A stretch of DNA of 64,000 nucleotides, taken from assembly GCA_963788655.1 (NCBI GenBank), contig CAWBHS010000055.1, positions 1 to 64,000 on the forward strand, written 5' to 3'. A program made the position numbers and the translations under genes. Below the pieces are notes generated by a model. It was not told the DNA's origin. It searched no databases and saw only the letters and a list, made by a program, of their open reading frames with translations. The stretch is from an uncultured Verrucomicrobiae bacterium (GTDB taxonomy: Bacteria > Verrucomicrobiota > Verrucomicrobiia > Limisphaerales > JAFGQR01). This document shows, piece after piece, positions 43,832-53,806 of this stretch (its first letter is position 1; every line of letters starts with the position of its first letter).

Positions 43832-44753
43832 ATGAGCAAGTTTGGTTGTTTGACGGCACTGGCGGCATTGGCCTGGTTAACCGCCTGCGGAAAGGTTGGA
43901 TCGAATTCCCCAACCGGCACTTCCGACCAATCGGGAAGTGGTTTCTCAAGCCCAGCACCCGTAATCTCCCAAGTCCGGCGTCGCAATGGTGTATCTGCCC
44001 GGCGGCGACTTCAGGATGGGCAGCGACCATGGCAATGCGGATGAAGCGCCGGCCCACCAGGTCCAAATCAGCGCGTTCCTGATGGATCAGTTTGAGGTGA
44101 CGCACGAGCAATTCGTGAAGGCGCAACTGCCGAATCCTTCCCATTGGCAGGACAGCCCCAGGAAGCCCGTCGAACGGGTGCGATGGCAGGACGCCAAACG
44201 CTACTGCAACGAGCGTTCGCTGCTCGAAGGATTGAAACCGTGTTACGACGAAAAGACCGCCGACTGGGACTGCGACTATGGCGCGAACGGTTACCGGCTG
44301 CCCACCGAAGCGGAATGGGAATACGCCTGCCGCGCCGGGACCACGGGTGATTATGACTTCGGGACGCCGGACAAGCTTCGCCAGTACGCCTGGTTTGCCG
44401 ACAACTCCGACGCCAAAACGCACGCGGTCGGACAGAAGAAACCGAACCGCTGGGGCATTTATGATCTGTATGGCAACGTCTCCGAATGGTGCGAGGACGT
44501 TTATGACCCGCACTATTACGAGCACAGTCTGACGACTGATCCCCACGGGCCGCCGGATCCCGGCAAGGACGTAAAACGCGTCATGCGCGGCGGCAACTGG
44601 AAAACCAGCGCCAACGCCTGCCGCGCCAGTTTCCGCCAGGGCCAGCGAACCGGGGATACGGACGCGTGCTTCTACACGGACTACTGCGGCTTCCGTTGCG
44701 TGCGGCGAGTAACGGCGGAAGAATTGCAGGCACTGCGAACGAATCCGAAATGA
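43832..44753 (+). CDS. FGE-sulfatase (SUMF1)-fold lipoprotein; frameshift near 43960-43985
   Basis: Lipobox LTA-C in the 43832 fragment; F.MGS...[52 protein letters not shown]. Confidence 0.88.
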
Positions 44754-45619
44754 ATGCTGCAACAACCCTGTTTCTGGCAACGTTGTTGACATTCACGTAC
44801 AACGCTGTGAGCGCAGCGCCGCGAACCGGGCAAATCGTTTTCTCCAGCAACCGCTCCGGCGCCTGGCGCCTCTGGACGATCAACGCGGATGGTTCGGCGC
44901 TGAAACAAATCACCCAGCAGGATTCCGACGAGCATGACGTTGATCCGGTTTTCAGTCCCGACGGCAAGTCCATCCTTTTTACTTCCACGCGCGGCGGCAA
45001 AACCGGAATTTTGCGAATGCCAATCGACAGTTCAAAATCCGAACGGATTTGCGATGGGGATCAAGCCGAGTGGTCACCGGACGGAACCAGGATTGCGCTG
45101 CGCCGCAATGAACGCATCTTCACGCGCGAGCTCGCCACCGGTCAGGAAAAGGCGATCAGCCCCGAAGATTGGCCGCATTGCTCTGGCCCGGCGTGGAGTC
45201 CCGACGGCAAGACCATCGCGTTTGCGGCACGGTGGGAGAGCGGCAACGCGATCTATGTGGTGCCGGTGGTCGGCGGCAAGCCGGTCAAAGTGTATGACCA
45301 ACAAGGTGCCTGCGAACCGCATTGGTCGCCGGATGGCTCCCGGCTTGTTTACGAAACCGAAACCCATATTTGCACGATCAATTCCGACGGCACGAAGAAC
45401 CAGTTGGTCACTTATTTCGGCGGCGTTCAACGTTACGCCCGCTTCAGTCCTGACGGCAAACTGCTGGTGTTTTGCCAGGGCGTCTCCGAACAAGGGCCGT
45501 GGGAACTGTACGTCATTCCCGCGACTGGCGGCTCGCCACAGAAGCTGACCGAGGGCGGTTCGGACATGTATCCGGATTGGCGGGCGGCGGCATCTGGTCA
45601 AGCCGGCGTTCCGAAATGA
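44750..45619 (+). CDS. Exported TolB-like (PD40) beta-propeller protein
   Basis: ATGA-coupled start, signal peptide, IVFSSNRSG, five (F/W)SPDG repeats, ends MYPDW. Confidence 0.9.
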   Translation: MNAATTLFLATLLTFTYNAVSAAPRTGQIVFSSNRSGAWRLWTINADGSALKQITQQDSDEHDVDPVFSPDGKSILFTSTRGGKTGILRMPIDSSKSERICDGDQAEWSPDGTRIALRRNERIFTRELATGQEKAISPEDWPHCSGPAWSPDGKTIAFAARWESGNAIYVVPVVGGKPVKVYDQQGACEPHWSPDGSRLVYETETHICTINSDGTKNQLVTYFGGVQRYARFSPDGKLLVFCQGVSEQGPWELYVIPATGGSPQKLTEGGSDMYPDWRAAASGQAGVPK

Positions 45620-45780
45620 CGAACGAGCCGACAAAAATGTCGGCGCTTCTTTGGATGGGATCGCACTGGCCCCCGGGTCGCCAGCGCCGAACTGGACAAA
45701 TGAAACCGCCGGCATACAATGTCCCCGCTTCCATGAAGAATTCGGTTCGAACAATGCGGTAAGAAACCTTTGTTGTAATT

Positions 45781-46692
45781 ATGCCCATCCCGGATTTTCA
45801 GTCTGTCATGCGGCCCTTGCTGGAATACATCAGCGATGGGAAAGAACACGCGATGCGCGAGGCTTTGGACCACCTCTCGAACCAACTGGAGCTCTCTGCA
45901 CCAGAGCGAGAGCAGCTTCTTCCGAGTGGACGGCAGGAGGTCTTTACCAATCGGGTTGCCTGGGCGAAGACGCACCTTCGGATGGCAGGTCTGATTGAAG
46001 GAACTGCTCGAGGTGTTTTCAAAATTACCCCGCAAGGTCTCGATCTTCTCAAAGAAGTGCCAGGCCGAATCGACTTGCGCCTTCTGCGAACTCAGCCAGG
46101 GTATCTTGCGGCGCGAGATCGGAAAAAGGAAAAGGTCAGGGCTGACGGCTGTCTGGAAACCGACGACAACCGCACCCCAGAAGAGGAGATGGAAGATTCG
46201 TACCAAGCCTTGCGCGAAAGCCTGGGCAAGGATTTACTGCAACGGCTAAAATCGGCGTCGCCTTCTTTTTTTGAACGAATGGTGGTGGAGTTGCTTGTCC
46301 GCATGGGCTATGGCGGTACGCGTAAAGATGCGGGTCAAGCAATCGGCAAGAGCGGTGACGAAGGGATTGATGGCATCATCAAGGAGGACCGTCTCGGGTT
46401 GGATGTTGTTTATGTTCAAGCAAAGAAATGGGAACATACGGTCAGCCGGCCTGAGATTCAAAAGTTCGCCGGCGCATTGCAGGGATTTCGCGCCAAGAAA
46501 GGGGTATTCATTACCACGTCTGACTTCTCGAAGGAGGCTCAAGATTACGCCTCGCGCATCGAGAGCAAGATCGTGCTCATCGATGGCGAGCAGTTGTGGA
46601 ATTTGATGATCGATTTTGGCATCGGAGTCACCAGCGTGGCAACCTATGAGATTAAGCGAATCGATTCGGACTACTTCAATGAAGACGGGTAG
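45781..46692 (+). CDS. mrr: Mrr restriction endonuclease (Type IV)
   Basis: Mrr_N (MPIPDFQSVM.PLL...LLPSG...F.NRVAWA..HL); catalytic GDEGIDGII...YVQAKKW, KGVFITTS.F, LIDG..L. Confidence 0.95.
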   Translation: MPIPDFQSVMRPLLEYISDGKEHAMREALDHLSNQLELSAPEREQLLPSGRQEVFTNRVAWAKTHLRMAGLIEGTARGVFKITPQGLDLLKEVPGRIDLRLLRTQPGYLAARDRKKEKVRADGCLETDDNRTPEEEMEDSYQALRESLGKDLLQRLKSASPSFFERMVVELLVRMGYGGTRKDAGQAIGKSGDEGIDGIIKEDRLGLDVVYVQAKKWEHTVSRPEIQKFAGALQGFRAKKGVFITTSDFSKEAQDYASRIESKIVLIDGEQLWNLMIDFGIGVTSVATYEIKRIDSDYFNEDG

Positions 46693-48295
46693 CGTTTTCC
46701 TGAAAGGATGTTTTGTTGTGGCTGTATTCGTTGCTGCGACACCCGCCTGGTGCCAGGACGAAAGCCCGTTTACGCAGGTGTTCGACACGACGGCTGGTCA
46801 CACTCTGCCCCTGGCGGACAGTGCCATCGCCGAACGAAAGGACTGGACGCTAGTGCCTGAGGATACTATCGAGCACCGTTTTTCCGGCGATGCCGTGCTG
46901 CTGAACGACCGCCTGGCCGTCGTTTTTCGGCGAGTGATTACGGGAGCTGAAGTGTATGCGAAAAGCGCCGGTGGCTGGAAACGCCGAGCGAACCTGTATC
47001 ACCTTGCAACACTTGCCGCAGCAGCGGACGAACAGACGGCCTTCAAGCTCATCGAAAACACTTCCGGCGCCGTGATGCTGCAGGTGGAGTTCGGCGGCAA
47101 CCGGCCGGCAGCCTTGCGGTTTCGCCTGACTACGGGGGAAGCCATCCTTGAAATCCGGTCGGACGACCATGCCGGATTTCTCGCCGTGGATTCCGCAACT
47201 CGCTACGTGGTGGTACCCGATTACTTCGGCGACGACATGGTGTTTGAGGCTGATTCTCTCGCCCGTCCAACCGAGGTGGCGCGGGCAAGTGTTTGCCTCC
47301 CCGCCGAGAATTTCTGTCTCAATCTGCTCGCGGGCGGTGATGCCATGGTGATGAGTGTTTGGCAAACGAGCGGGCAGGAAGTCTGGTTCAGCGGGTCAAC
47401 GGCCGACAGCCCCGGCTGGATGCCGTCGAATAGGATTCGTTGCGCCGCAGGCAAGAGCATCTGGCTGGCATTCCTTGAAGCGCCGAACCTCTGGCATGCG
47501 AGCACGCTGGCCTTGCAACGCGAATGGAAACCGCCCTTTGCGGCCAAGTGGCGCGGCAGCCTGATCAGCACCAATTGGGTGGCGGATTCTTGGGACGTGG
47601 AACGCGGGCCAGTGCCGGCGAAAACCACGGCCATTCCCCAGGCGAGGTTGCTCGTGTACCCCAACGACCGCAGCCTGGCCACGCCGTTGACGGTCACGTG
47701 TCCGACGGATGTCATGCGGAACACGCTGGGCGTTGGCCCGTGCCAGTACATACTCGCGTGCGAAGGTATGGCGGGAAATCCCACGTCGGACAGCGTGATG
47801 GATTGGGTGGAAAAACAATTTGCCCGGAAGAAAGCGACAGCGATGGCTGACGATATCAACGAACGCTTGGAGCTGATGATCCGCCACGTGGCCGACGCCC
47901 GAACGCGAATTGCACGCTACGCCGAATTTGCCAGCCGGGTCCGCAAGATCCTGGACCACCACCCGGGCGCGGATCCATTCACGCCGATCGTGGATGATCT
48001 GGACCGCTTCGTGGTCGCCGGCCTGGCTTCGACGGCATCGCCGGAACATGCCAGAGAATTGGCGACCGCCGTGACCGCGTTGATTGGACAACCGGACGCA
48101 CTGGCGGCTTGTCAGCGGCTGGGCGCAGAATTGCGATCCATCGGCGCGGTCCAGGACGGAGCCCTGGCGCGATGCCGCATGGCCGTTCGACGCTTGCAGG
48201 CCCAGAGCCGGACTCTCGCGGCTGAGCAACCGGTGGAAAGCGAACTCATCCGCAACGTTCAGGGGTTGGCGGAGCAAATGTTGCAGAGGAAGTGA
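46679..48295 (+). CDS. Exported protein of unknown function (paralogue of 48587..50935)
   Basis: Signal peptide MKTGSVFLKGCFVVAVFVAATPAWC; beta-rich N-terminal part, helical C-terminal part; motifs shared with the next gene. Confidence 0.8.
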   Translation: MKTGSVFLKGCFVVAVFVAATPAWCQDESPFTQVFDTTAGHTLPLADSAIAERKDWTLVPEDTIEHRFSGDAVLLNDRLAVVFRRVITGAEVYAKSAGGWKRRANLYHLATLAAAADEQTAFKLIENTSGAVMLQVEFGGNRPAALRFRLTTGEAILEIRSDDHAGFLAVDSATRYVVVPDYFGDDMVFEADSLARPTEVARASVCLPAENFCLNLLAGGDAMVMSVWQTSGQEVWFSGSTADSPGWMPSNRIRCAAGKSIWLAFLEAPNLWHASTLALQREWKPPFAAKWRGSLISTNWVADSWDVERGPVPAKTTAIPQARLLVYPNDRSLATPLTVTCPTDVMRNTLGVGPCQYILACEGMAGNPTSDSVMDWVEKQFARKKATAMADDINERLELMIRHVADARTRIARYAEFASRVRKILDHHPGADPFTPIVDDLDRFVVAGLASTASPEHARELATAVTALIGQPDALAACQRLGAELRSIGAVQDGALARCRMAVRRLQAQSRTLAAEQPVESELIRNVQGLAEQMLQRK

Positions 48296-48366
48296 ACAGG
48301 GGAAGCTCAACCGAAAATGTATGGGAACAGAGGTCATCTTGAATCGACGCGTTGTTGGTCGCGCCC

Positions 48367-48497
48367 GCGTTTGGAGTGTGTGGAGTTTGCTCCCGCTTTC
48401 GTTGAGTCTCTGGCCGTCCAAACCGGAGCAACCCGTGAATGGTTTCAACGCTCGCTTCAATTCGAAAGCGCCGGCAAACTGGACGCACTCCAAACGC
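48367..48497. repeat. REP-like inverted doublet (TTTGGAGTGCG type)
   Basis: gcgtttggagtgtgtggagtttgctcccgctttcg ... cgaaagcgccggcaaactggacgcactccaaacgc. Confidence 0.8.
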
Positions 48498-48586
48498 TTC
48501 GCGACTTTCGGAAGCCATGGGTGGCTTACTCACCCCCAGCCCATAATTGCCCGAATACCAAAAGCATCTAAACGAACTGCTATTGC

Positions 48587-50935
48587 ATGAAAACTTACCA
48601 TTCCACATTTTGGCCATGTCCCCCAGGGAGCAGAGCAATTGCGGCAATGCTGCTAGCACTGACGCTCTCTCCCTTCATGCACGCCAGCGCCGCTGAACCG
48701 GCTCACAACTTTTTCGCCAATCCCAGCTTCGATCTGGGCCACAGCGGATGGCAGCTTTCCAAGGCCGGCAAAACTGCGTGCCAGTTTTCGGTGGACGAGC
48801 AGGACGCCGCCGCCGGACAAACCAGCGCCTTGCTGGCCATCGATGCCGTCGAGGATTGGGGCGTGCAATTTGGTCAGTCGTTCCCCGCCGGTGCGAAGGG
48901 CAAGGCCTACACCTTTGCGGCGTTCGTCCGGAGTCTGAAGGGCCCGGTCGAGATCCGTCTCGAAATCGAGCGCACGGCAAGTCCATGGGATCGCGCCGTC
49001 GCCAGCGATCGGTTCAAGCTGACCGACCAGTGGCAGGAACTGCACGTCACGTTTACGGTGGCCAAGGATTTCCCTGAAGGCTGGTTTGCCTATTTGAGTT
49101 GCGTTCAACCCAAGATCCAAATCCGCGCCGACATGTTTCGGCTGTACGAAGGCCAATACATTCCGTACGAAGAGATCTCCCGGCAAGAGGAGGCGACCGT
49201 GGCCGTGCGCTTGTTCGACACTGGCAAGTCATCCGCATCGACATGGCCAGATGCCGCGGTGTCACGCCGAGCTGGCTGGATACACGTTCCCGAGGATGAG
49301 TTGAAACACTCGTTCAAAGGGGATGCCGTTTTGGTAAACGACCGGCTCGCCGTGGTGCTGCGTCACGGGGCGCCAGGCGCGGAAGTTTATTCGTTGGGGC
49401 GGGCGGCGGCGGCGATGCGGGCGGTGTTGGCGCCTGCTGGTGGCAACAATTCGGCGACGCTTTCCTCATTCACCATCGTCGAGAACAATCCGGGAATGGG
49501 CACGGCCGATGCCGTGTTCTCCGTGGCAGACGGCCCGCCCCTGATCGTGCGTTACGAATTGAAATTGGGCCAACCCGTGGTTCAAACCGAAGCGCGCAAC
49601 GGGGTGACCGGCCTGCGCGTCGAGGCACCCAGCCGGTTTGTGGTCATGCCGGACTTTTTCGCGGATGACATCGTCATTGACGCGGGCGATTTGCCGGTGG
49701 CCGAAGCCGAGTTGCCCAGTGACAATTTTCTGCTGCACTTGTTACCCGGCGGCGAAGCCATGGTCATGACGGTGACCAAAACCAGCGACGAAGACATCCG
49801 CATCGCCCTGGTGGATGACGGCAAGCAACGCCTGATCCGCCACTCCGAGCTGCGTTACGGCAAGGATGGTAAAGTATGGGTGGCCATTCTGGCGGGACCG
49901 GAGATTTGGCACTCGCAGGAAATCACCCGTGAGCAAGCGGGCCGGATGGTGGATCTTGACTGGAAAGCGCCGTTCGCGGCGCAGTGGCGGGTCGATTGGC
50001 GACGCGATAAGGATTTGACCGACAGTTGGGACCTGCTCAACGAACGGGCGGATGGCAGTTTCACCAAACCCGGCGTTTATGGCGGATCGGACACTATCCC
50101 GCGGGATCGCAGCCGCTGGACAACGGTGCTGGGCCGGTTCGCATATCCGGCCTGGATCGACCTCAACCGTCAGGGGCATCTTCAGCCGCTAAAGACCTCG
50201 GCATTGCGCTTCGAGGGCCCCGCCATCATCTACCCGCTGAATCGCGTGGCCGCCACGCCGCTGGACACTTTCACGGTGCTGGACTTGGTGCGCAACACGC
50301 TCGGCGTCGGGCCGTGCGAATACATTCTGGACGTCGAGGGACAGGCTTCGAAATACCGGGGGCGGGCGACGTGTTCGGTGCGCGATACGTTGAATCCCAT
50401 ATACGCCAGCAAACAACAAAAGCAGCGTCATGCGGAGATTGAGCGCGTTTTGGAGGACCTCATGACTTTCATCCGGCACATCCGTGGGCGTATCGAAGGC
50501 TACGTGACATTTGGGCACCAGACCCTCGCTTATTTGGCAGCGCAAAAGCAGGCGCATCCCGAGCTGTCCGAACCACTCGCCGAATTGGAAACGTTGGCGC
50601 ACCGCATCGATGACCGGGTGACAGCGCGCAAAGACAAGATCAAAACTCCAGAGCACGTCGCCCAAATGATCAAGGAGTTCCGTCAGACGGTCCTTAACGA
50701 CGATGGGAACGAGGCGTTGGCCAACTGTAAGCGGTTCACTTCGGGTTGGGTGGAAATCGGCGGCAACCAGGATGAATTGGTGGGCGAATGTCGCTGGGCC
50801 GTAAAGATGATCCGGCAGCGGGCGGGATTGCTGATGGCCTTCGATCCGCGTCTGGCGGATGTGGCGAGAGAACTCCGCGAACGCAGTCAGGTCGTGCTGC
50901 GGAATCCCGCCAACCACGAAGGGGCGAGGCATTGA
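48587..50935 (+). CDS. Exported protein: N-terminal CBM4/9-like carbohydrate-binding domain plus unknown domain
   Basis: Signal peptide; N...NPSFD.G..GW, W.VQFGQ, GKAYTF..FVRS, LTDQWQE..VTF (CBM_4_9 pattern); remainder aligns by eye with 46679..48295. Confidence 0.8.
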   Translation: MKTYHSTFWPCPPGSRAIAAMLLALTLSPFMHASAAEPAHNFFANPSFDLGHSGWQLSKAGKTACQFSVDEQDAAAGQTSALLAIDAVEDWGVQFGQSFPAGAKGKAYTFAAFVRSLKGPVEIRLEIERTASPWDRAVASDRFKLTDQWQELHVTFTVAKDFPEGWFAYLSCVQPKIQIRADMFRLYEGQYIPYEEISRQEEATVAVRLFDTGKSSASTWPDAAVSRRAGWIHVPEDELKHSFKGDAVLVNDRLAVVLRHGAPGAEVYSLGRAAAAMRAVLAPAGGNNSATLSSFTIVENNPGMGTADAVFSVADGPPLIVRYELKLGQPVVQTEARNGVTGLRVEAPSRFVVMPDFFADDIVIDAGDLPVAEAELPSDNFLLHLLPGGEAMVMTVTKTSDEDIRIALVDDGKQRLIRHSELRYGKDGKVWVAILAGPEIWHSQEITREQAGRMVDLDWKAPFAAQWRVDWRRDKDLTDSWDLLNERADGSFTKPGVYGGSDTIPRDRSRWTTVLGRFAYPAWIDLNRQGHLQPLKTSALRFEGPAIIYPLNRVAATPLDTFTVLDLVRNTLGVGPCEYILDVEGQASKYRGRATCSVRDTLNPIYASKQQKQRHAEIERVLEDLMTFIRHIRGRIEGYVTFGHQTLAYLAAQKQAHPELSEPLAELETLAHRIDDRVTARKDKIKTPEHVAQMIKEFRQTVLNDDGNEALANCKRFTSGWVEIGGNQDELVGECRWAVKMIRQRAGLLMAFDPRLADVARELRERSQVVLRNPANHEGARH

Positions 50936-51047
50936 ACGCCAAGTCGCCCACGAGATGCTTGCCAATTTTGGGGAACCGCAGAACAATCAGCGGCTATTGG
51001 CACCAATTTTGACAGAGATGCAAACGAACTGCGGGATTGGCGATTTC

Positions 51048-52007
51048 ATGGCGCGCCGCAATAGCGGCATTAATGCGTTTGGATTCGCCCCATTCCGAGT
51101 CTTGCGCTTATCTGCACAGTGGATCTCCCGTGTTCTTCCGGCCTCCTTGATGCTTTTGCTGTTCGTTGGCTGCGGCCAGGTTGATCAGACGGCGCGGACG
51201 GATCAAACGTCTCCCTCCGGCATTCAAAGCGTCACTACGCTGGGCGGCATCACTATGGTGCGCCTGCCGGCCGGTGAATTCGTGATGGGAGATGACCGCG
51301 GCGATGACGATGAGAAGCCGGCGCACAAAGTGCGGGTGAGCGCCTTTGACATGGACATCCACGAAGTCACGCAAAAGGCCTACGAGAGTTTGATGGAGAA
51401 GAATCCCTCGAAGCGCAAAGCTCCCGACAAGCCGGTTGAACAGGTGGATTGGTATCATGCCGTGCTCTATTGCAACCTGCGTTCGCTGAAAGAGGGATTA
51501 ACGCCGTGTTACGACCCCAAAACCCTGGCATGCGATTTTGCCGCCGATGGCTATCGTCTGCCCACCGAAGCGGAATGGGAATATGCCTGTCGAGCCGGCA
51601 CGCAGACCCGTTATGCCTGCGGCGATGATCCGGCCCGGCTTAAAAGCTGCGCCTGGTTCAAAGCCAATGCCGGACAAACAACCCATCCCGTCGGCCAGAA
51701 GTCGCCGAATGCGTGGGGTCTTTTCGACATGCACGGCAACGTCGCCGAGTGGTGCCAGGACAACTACGACGAAAGTGGTTACTCGCCAGCCGAAGTCCAG
51801 GATCCGCGCGGCCCGGTTTCCGGCAACCAGCGCGTGCTCCGGGGCGGCAGTTGGCGGACCAGTGAGGATCGCTGCCGGTCCTCCGCCCGCAGCAGTGAAA
51901 ACGCTCGCTTCGCCGACGCCTGCTTTGGCTCGGATGCCTATGGCTTTCGCTGCGTGAAGCGAGCTGCGACAAACCAGATGGGTAACCTGAAAGGAAAAGG
52001 AAAGTGA
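51048..52007 (+). CDS. FGE-sulfatase (SUMF1)-fold lipoprotein (start uncertain)
   Basis: Lipobox-like FVG-C; GEFVMG...[48 protein letters not shown]. Confidence 0.9.
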   Translation: MARRNSGINAFGFAPFRVLRLSAQWISRVLPASLMLLLFVGCGQVDQTARTDQTSPSGIQSVTTLGGITMVRLPAGEFVMGDDRGDDDEKPAHKVRVSAFDMDIHEVTQKAYESLMEKNPSKRKAPDKPVEQVDWYHAVLYCNLRSLKEGLTPCYDPKTLACDFAADGYRLPTEAEWEYACRAGTQTRYACGDDPARLKSCAWFKANAGQTTHPVGQKSPNAWGLFDMHGNVAEWCQDNYDESGYSPAEVQDPRGPVSGNQRVLRGGSWRTSEDRCRSSARSSENARFADACFGSDAYGFRCVKRAATNQMGNLKGKGK

Positions 52008-52048
52008 GATTTCTCGCCTTGCCCCCCAGTTGATTTCCGCTGTTTACC

Positions 52049-53806
52049 ATGCTTTTCCACACTTGGCCGTTTCTGGTTTTCATGTTGATTGTCCTGCCGG
52101 TTTATCTGGCGCTACGGCGCACCCGGCTGTGGGTGCCCTGGTTGATGGTGGCTTCGTATTTTTTCTACGGCTGGTGGAATCCCTATTACCTGATCCTCAT
52201 ATTTTATTCGACCACGCTCGACTTCACGGTGGTCGCCTTGATGGACCATTGTCCGCGCGAGCAATCTAAGGATGGCTGGTGGGCGCGGCTGAAAGCACGT
52301 TTGACTTGTAGCCGCCGACGTGAGGAGGCGGATTTGGTGCAGGCAGGGAACGATGAAGTTCTGCACACGCTCTCCGAATGCCCCCTCACCCCGGCCCTCT
52401 CCCCCGGTGGGGAAGAGGGAGACGACAGGGTGGGGGAGGGTGATGGAGCGCGCCCGCGGTTTGCCGATCGCGTGATGAGGAACGCCTTTCTTGCTGCCGC
52501 GTTTGGTGCGCTGCTGTTCCTGAGTCTGGCGCTGGCTGGACCGCCAACCTTGCGCCCGACGATGACGCTGTTGACGATTATCTTTGCGTTGATGGCCACG
52601 GGAGCTTTCTTCGGCAGCCGGCGAACTTGGCTCATCATCAGCATCATCAACAACCTGTCCATCCTGGTGTTTTTTAAATACGCCGGATTCGCCGTGAAGA
52701 ACCTGAACGCCGTTCTGGACTGGGCGCACCTCCCGGCAATCTTGCCCGATCCGGCGACGCTGATGCCGTTTGGGGCAGCCTATCTGTTGCCGGTCGGCAT
52801 TTCCTTTTTCACGTTCCAATCGATGAGTTACACCATCGATTTCTACCGGGACAACGTCCATCGGGAACGCAGTTTTATCCGGTACGCGACCTTCGTCTCC
52901 TTCTTTCCACAACTGGTGGCCGGGCCGATTGAACGGGCCAAACATCTGCTGCCGCAGTTCAATCAATTTCCTCCGATCCGCCTGCAAAACGTGACCGACG
53001 GTCTGTCGCTGTTCCTGGTCGGCTTGTTCAAGAAATTGGCGCTGGCCAATTACCTCTCGTTTTACGTCGAGCGCGTCTATGACAATCCAAGCGCATTCGG
53101 CGCGCCGGCGCTGATGCTGGGAACATTTGCGTTCGCGTGGCAGATTTTTTTCGACTTTAGCGGCTACACGGACATGGCTCGCGGCGTGGCCAAGCTCATG
53201 GGCTTCGACTTGATGCTGAACTTCAACAATCCCTACCTGGCCACGGGTTTGGGCGATTTCTGGGGCCGCTGGCACATCAGCCTTTCCACGTGGTTCCGGG
53301 ATTATGTTTACATCCCGCTGGGTGGGAACCGGCACGGCACCTTTGCCACCTACCGGAACTTGTTTTTGACCTTCGTCATTTCGGGCATCTGGCACGGTGC
53401 GGCCTGGACCTTTGTCATCTGGGGCGCGCTGCATGCCGCGGGCGTGATGATCACGCGCGAGTTGGAACGGTCGGCGTTTTACCGTGAACGGGTGCCGCGG
53501 CTGGCAAAGCAATTGGCGGTGTTCGTGTTTGTGTGTTTTGCCTGGGTCTTTTTCCGGGCGGATTCTCTGAACGACGCCTTGCTGATCGCCGGACGCATCT
53601 TCACCGGCGTATGGAATGATCCGCAAATGCCGGTGTTCATGCTGGCGCTGGTCGGATTGATCTGGCTCTACCAGTTCATCTACGAGTCGCGCTTCCGGGA
53701 AGTGCTCCGGGCGGACGTGCTGCGGGTGGGGTCGGCGGTGGCCATGGTGTTGTATCTGTGTTTCTGCGCTTCAGGCGGCGGCGCGTTCATTTACTTCCAA
53801 TTCTAA
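52049..53806 (+). CDS. MBOAT-family O-acyltransferase (AlgI/PatA/DltB-like)
   Basis: ASYFFYGWW, LPVGISFFTFQSMSY.ID, FFPQLVAGPI, DFSGYTDMA.G, FWGRWHISLSTWFRDYVYIPLGG, catalytic GIWHGA, FIYFQF end. Confidence 0.95.
   Translation: MLFHTWPFLVFMLIVLPVYLALRRTRLWVPWLMVASYFFYGWWNPYYLILIFYSTTLDFTVVALMDHCPREQSKDGWWARLKARLTCSRRREEADLVQAGNDEVLHTLSECPLTPALSPGGEEGDDRVGEGDGARPRFADRVMRNAFLAAAFGALLFLSLALAGPPTLRPTMTLLTIIFALMATGAFFGSRRTWLIISIINNLSILVFFKYAGFAVKNLNAVLDWAHLPAILPDPATLMPFGAAYLLPVGISFFTFQSMSYTIDFYRDNVHRERSFIRYATFVSFFPQLVAGPIERAKHLLPQFNQFPPIRLQNVTDGLSLFLVGLFKKLALANYLSFYVERVYDNPSAFGAPALMLGTFAFAWQIFFDFSGYTDMARGVAKLMGFDLMLNFNNPYLATGLGDFWGRWHISLSTWFRDYVYIPLGGNRHGTFATYRNLFLTFVISGIWHGAAWTFVIWGALHAAGVMITRELERSAFYRERVPRLAKQLAVFVFVCFAWVFFRADSLNDALLIAGRIFTGVWNDPQMPVFMLALVGLIWLYQFIYESRFREVLRADVLRVGSAVAMVLYLCFCASGGGAFIYFQF
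52307..52440. repeat. Family A arm plus family B palindrome, in frame within the MBOAT gene
   Basis: tgtagccgccgacgtgaggaggcggat (CSRRREEAD) and ccccctcaccccggccctctcccccggtggggaagaggga (PLTPALSPGGEEG). Confidence 0.85.

Noticed and set aside
50998..51013. Sigma54-like TGGCACC-AATT-TTGAC before the second FGE gene
   Set aside because: Spacing is right but the conserved -12 GC is GA; too weak to call.
11300..52007. Diversity-generating retroelement, since DUF1566 and FGE folds are common DGR targets
   Set aside because: No reverse transcriptase, and I found no near-identical TR/VR pair differing at adenines. The paralogues differ throughout, as ordinary duplicates do.
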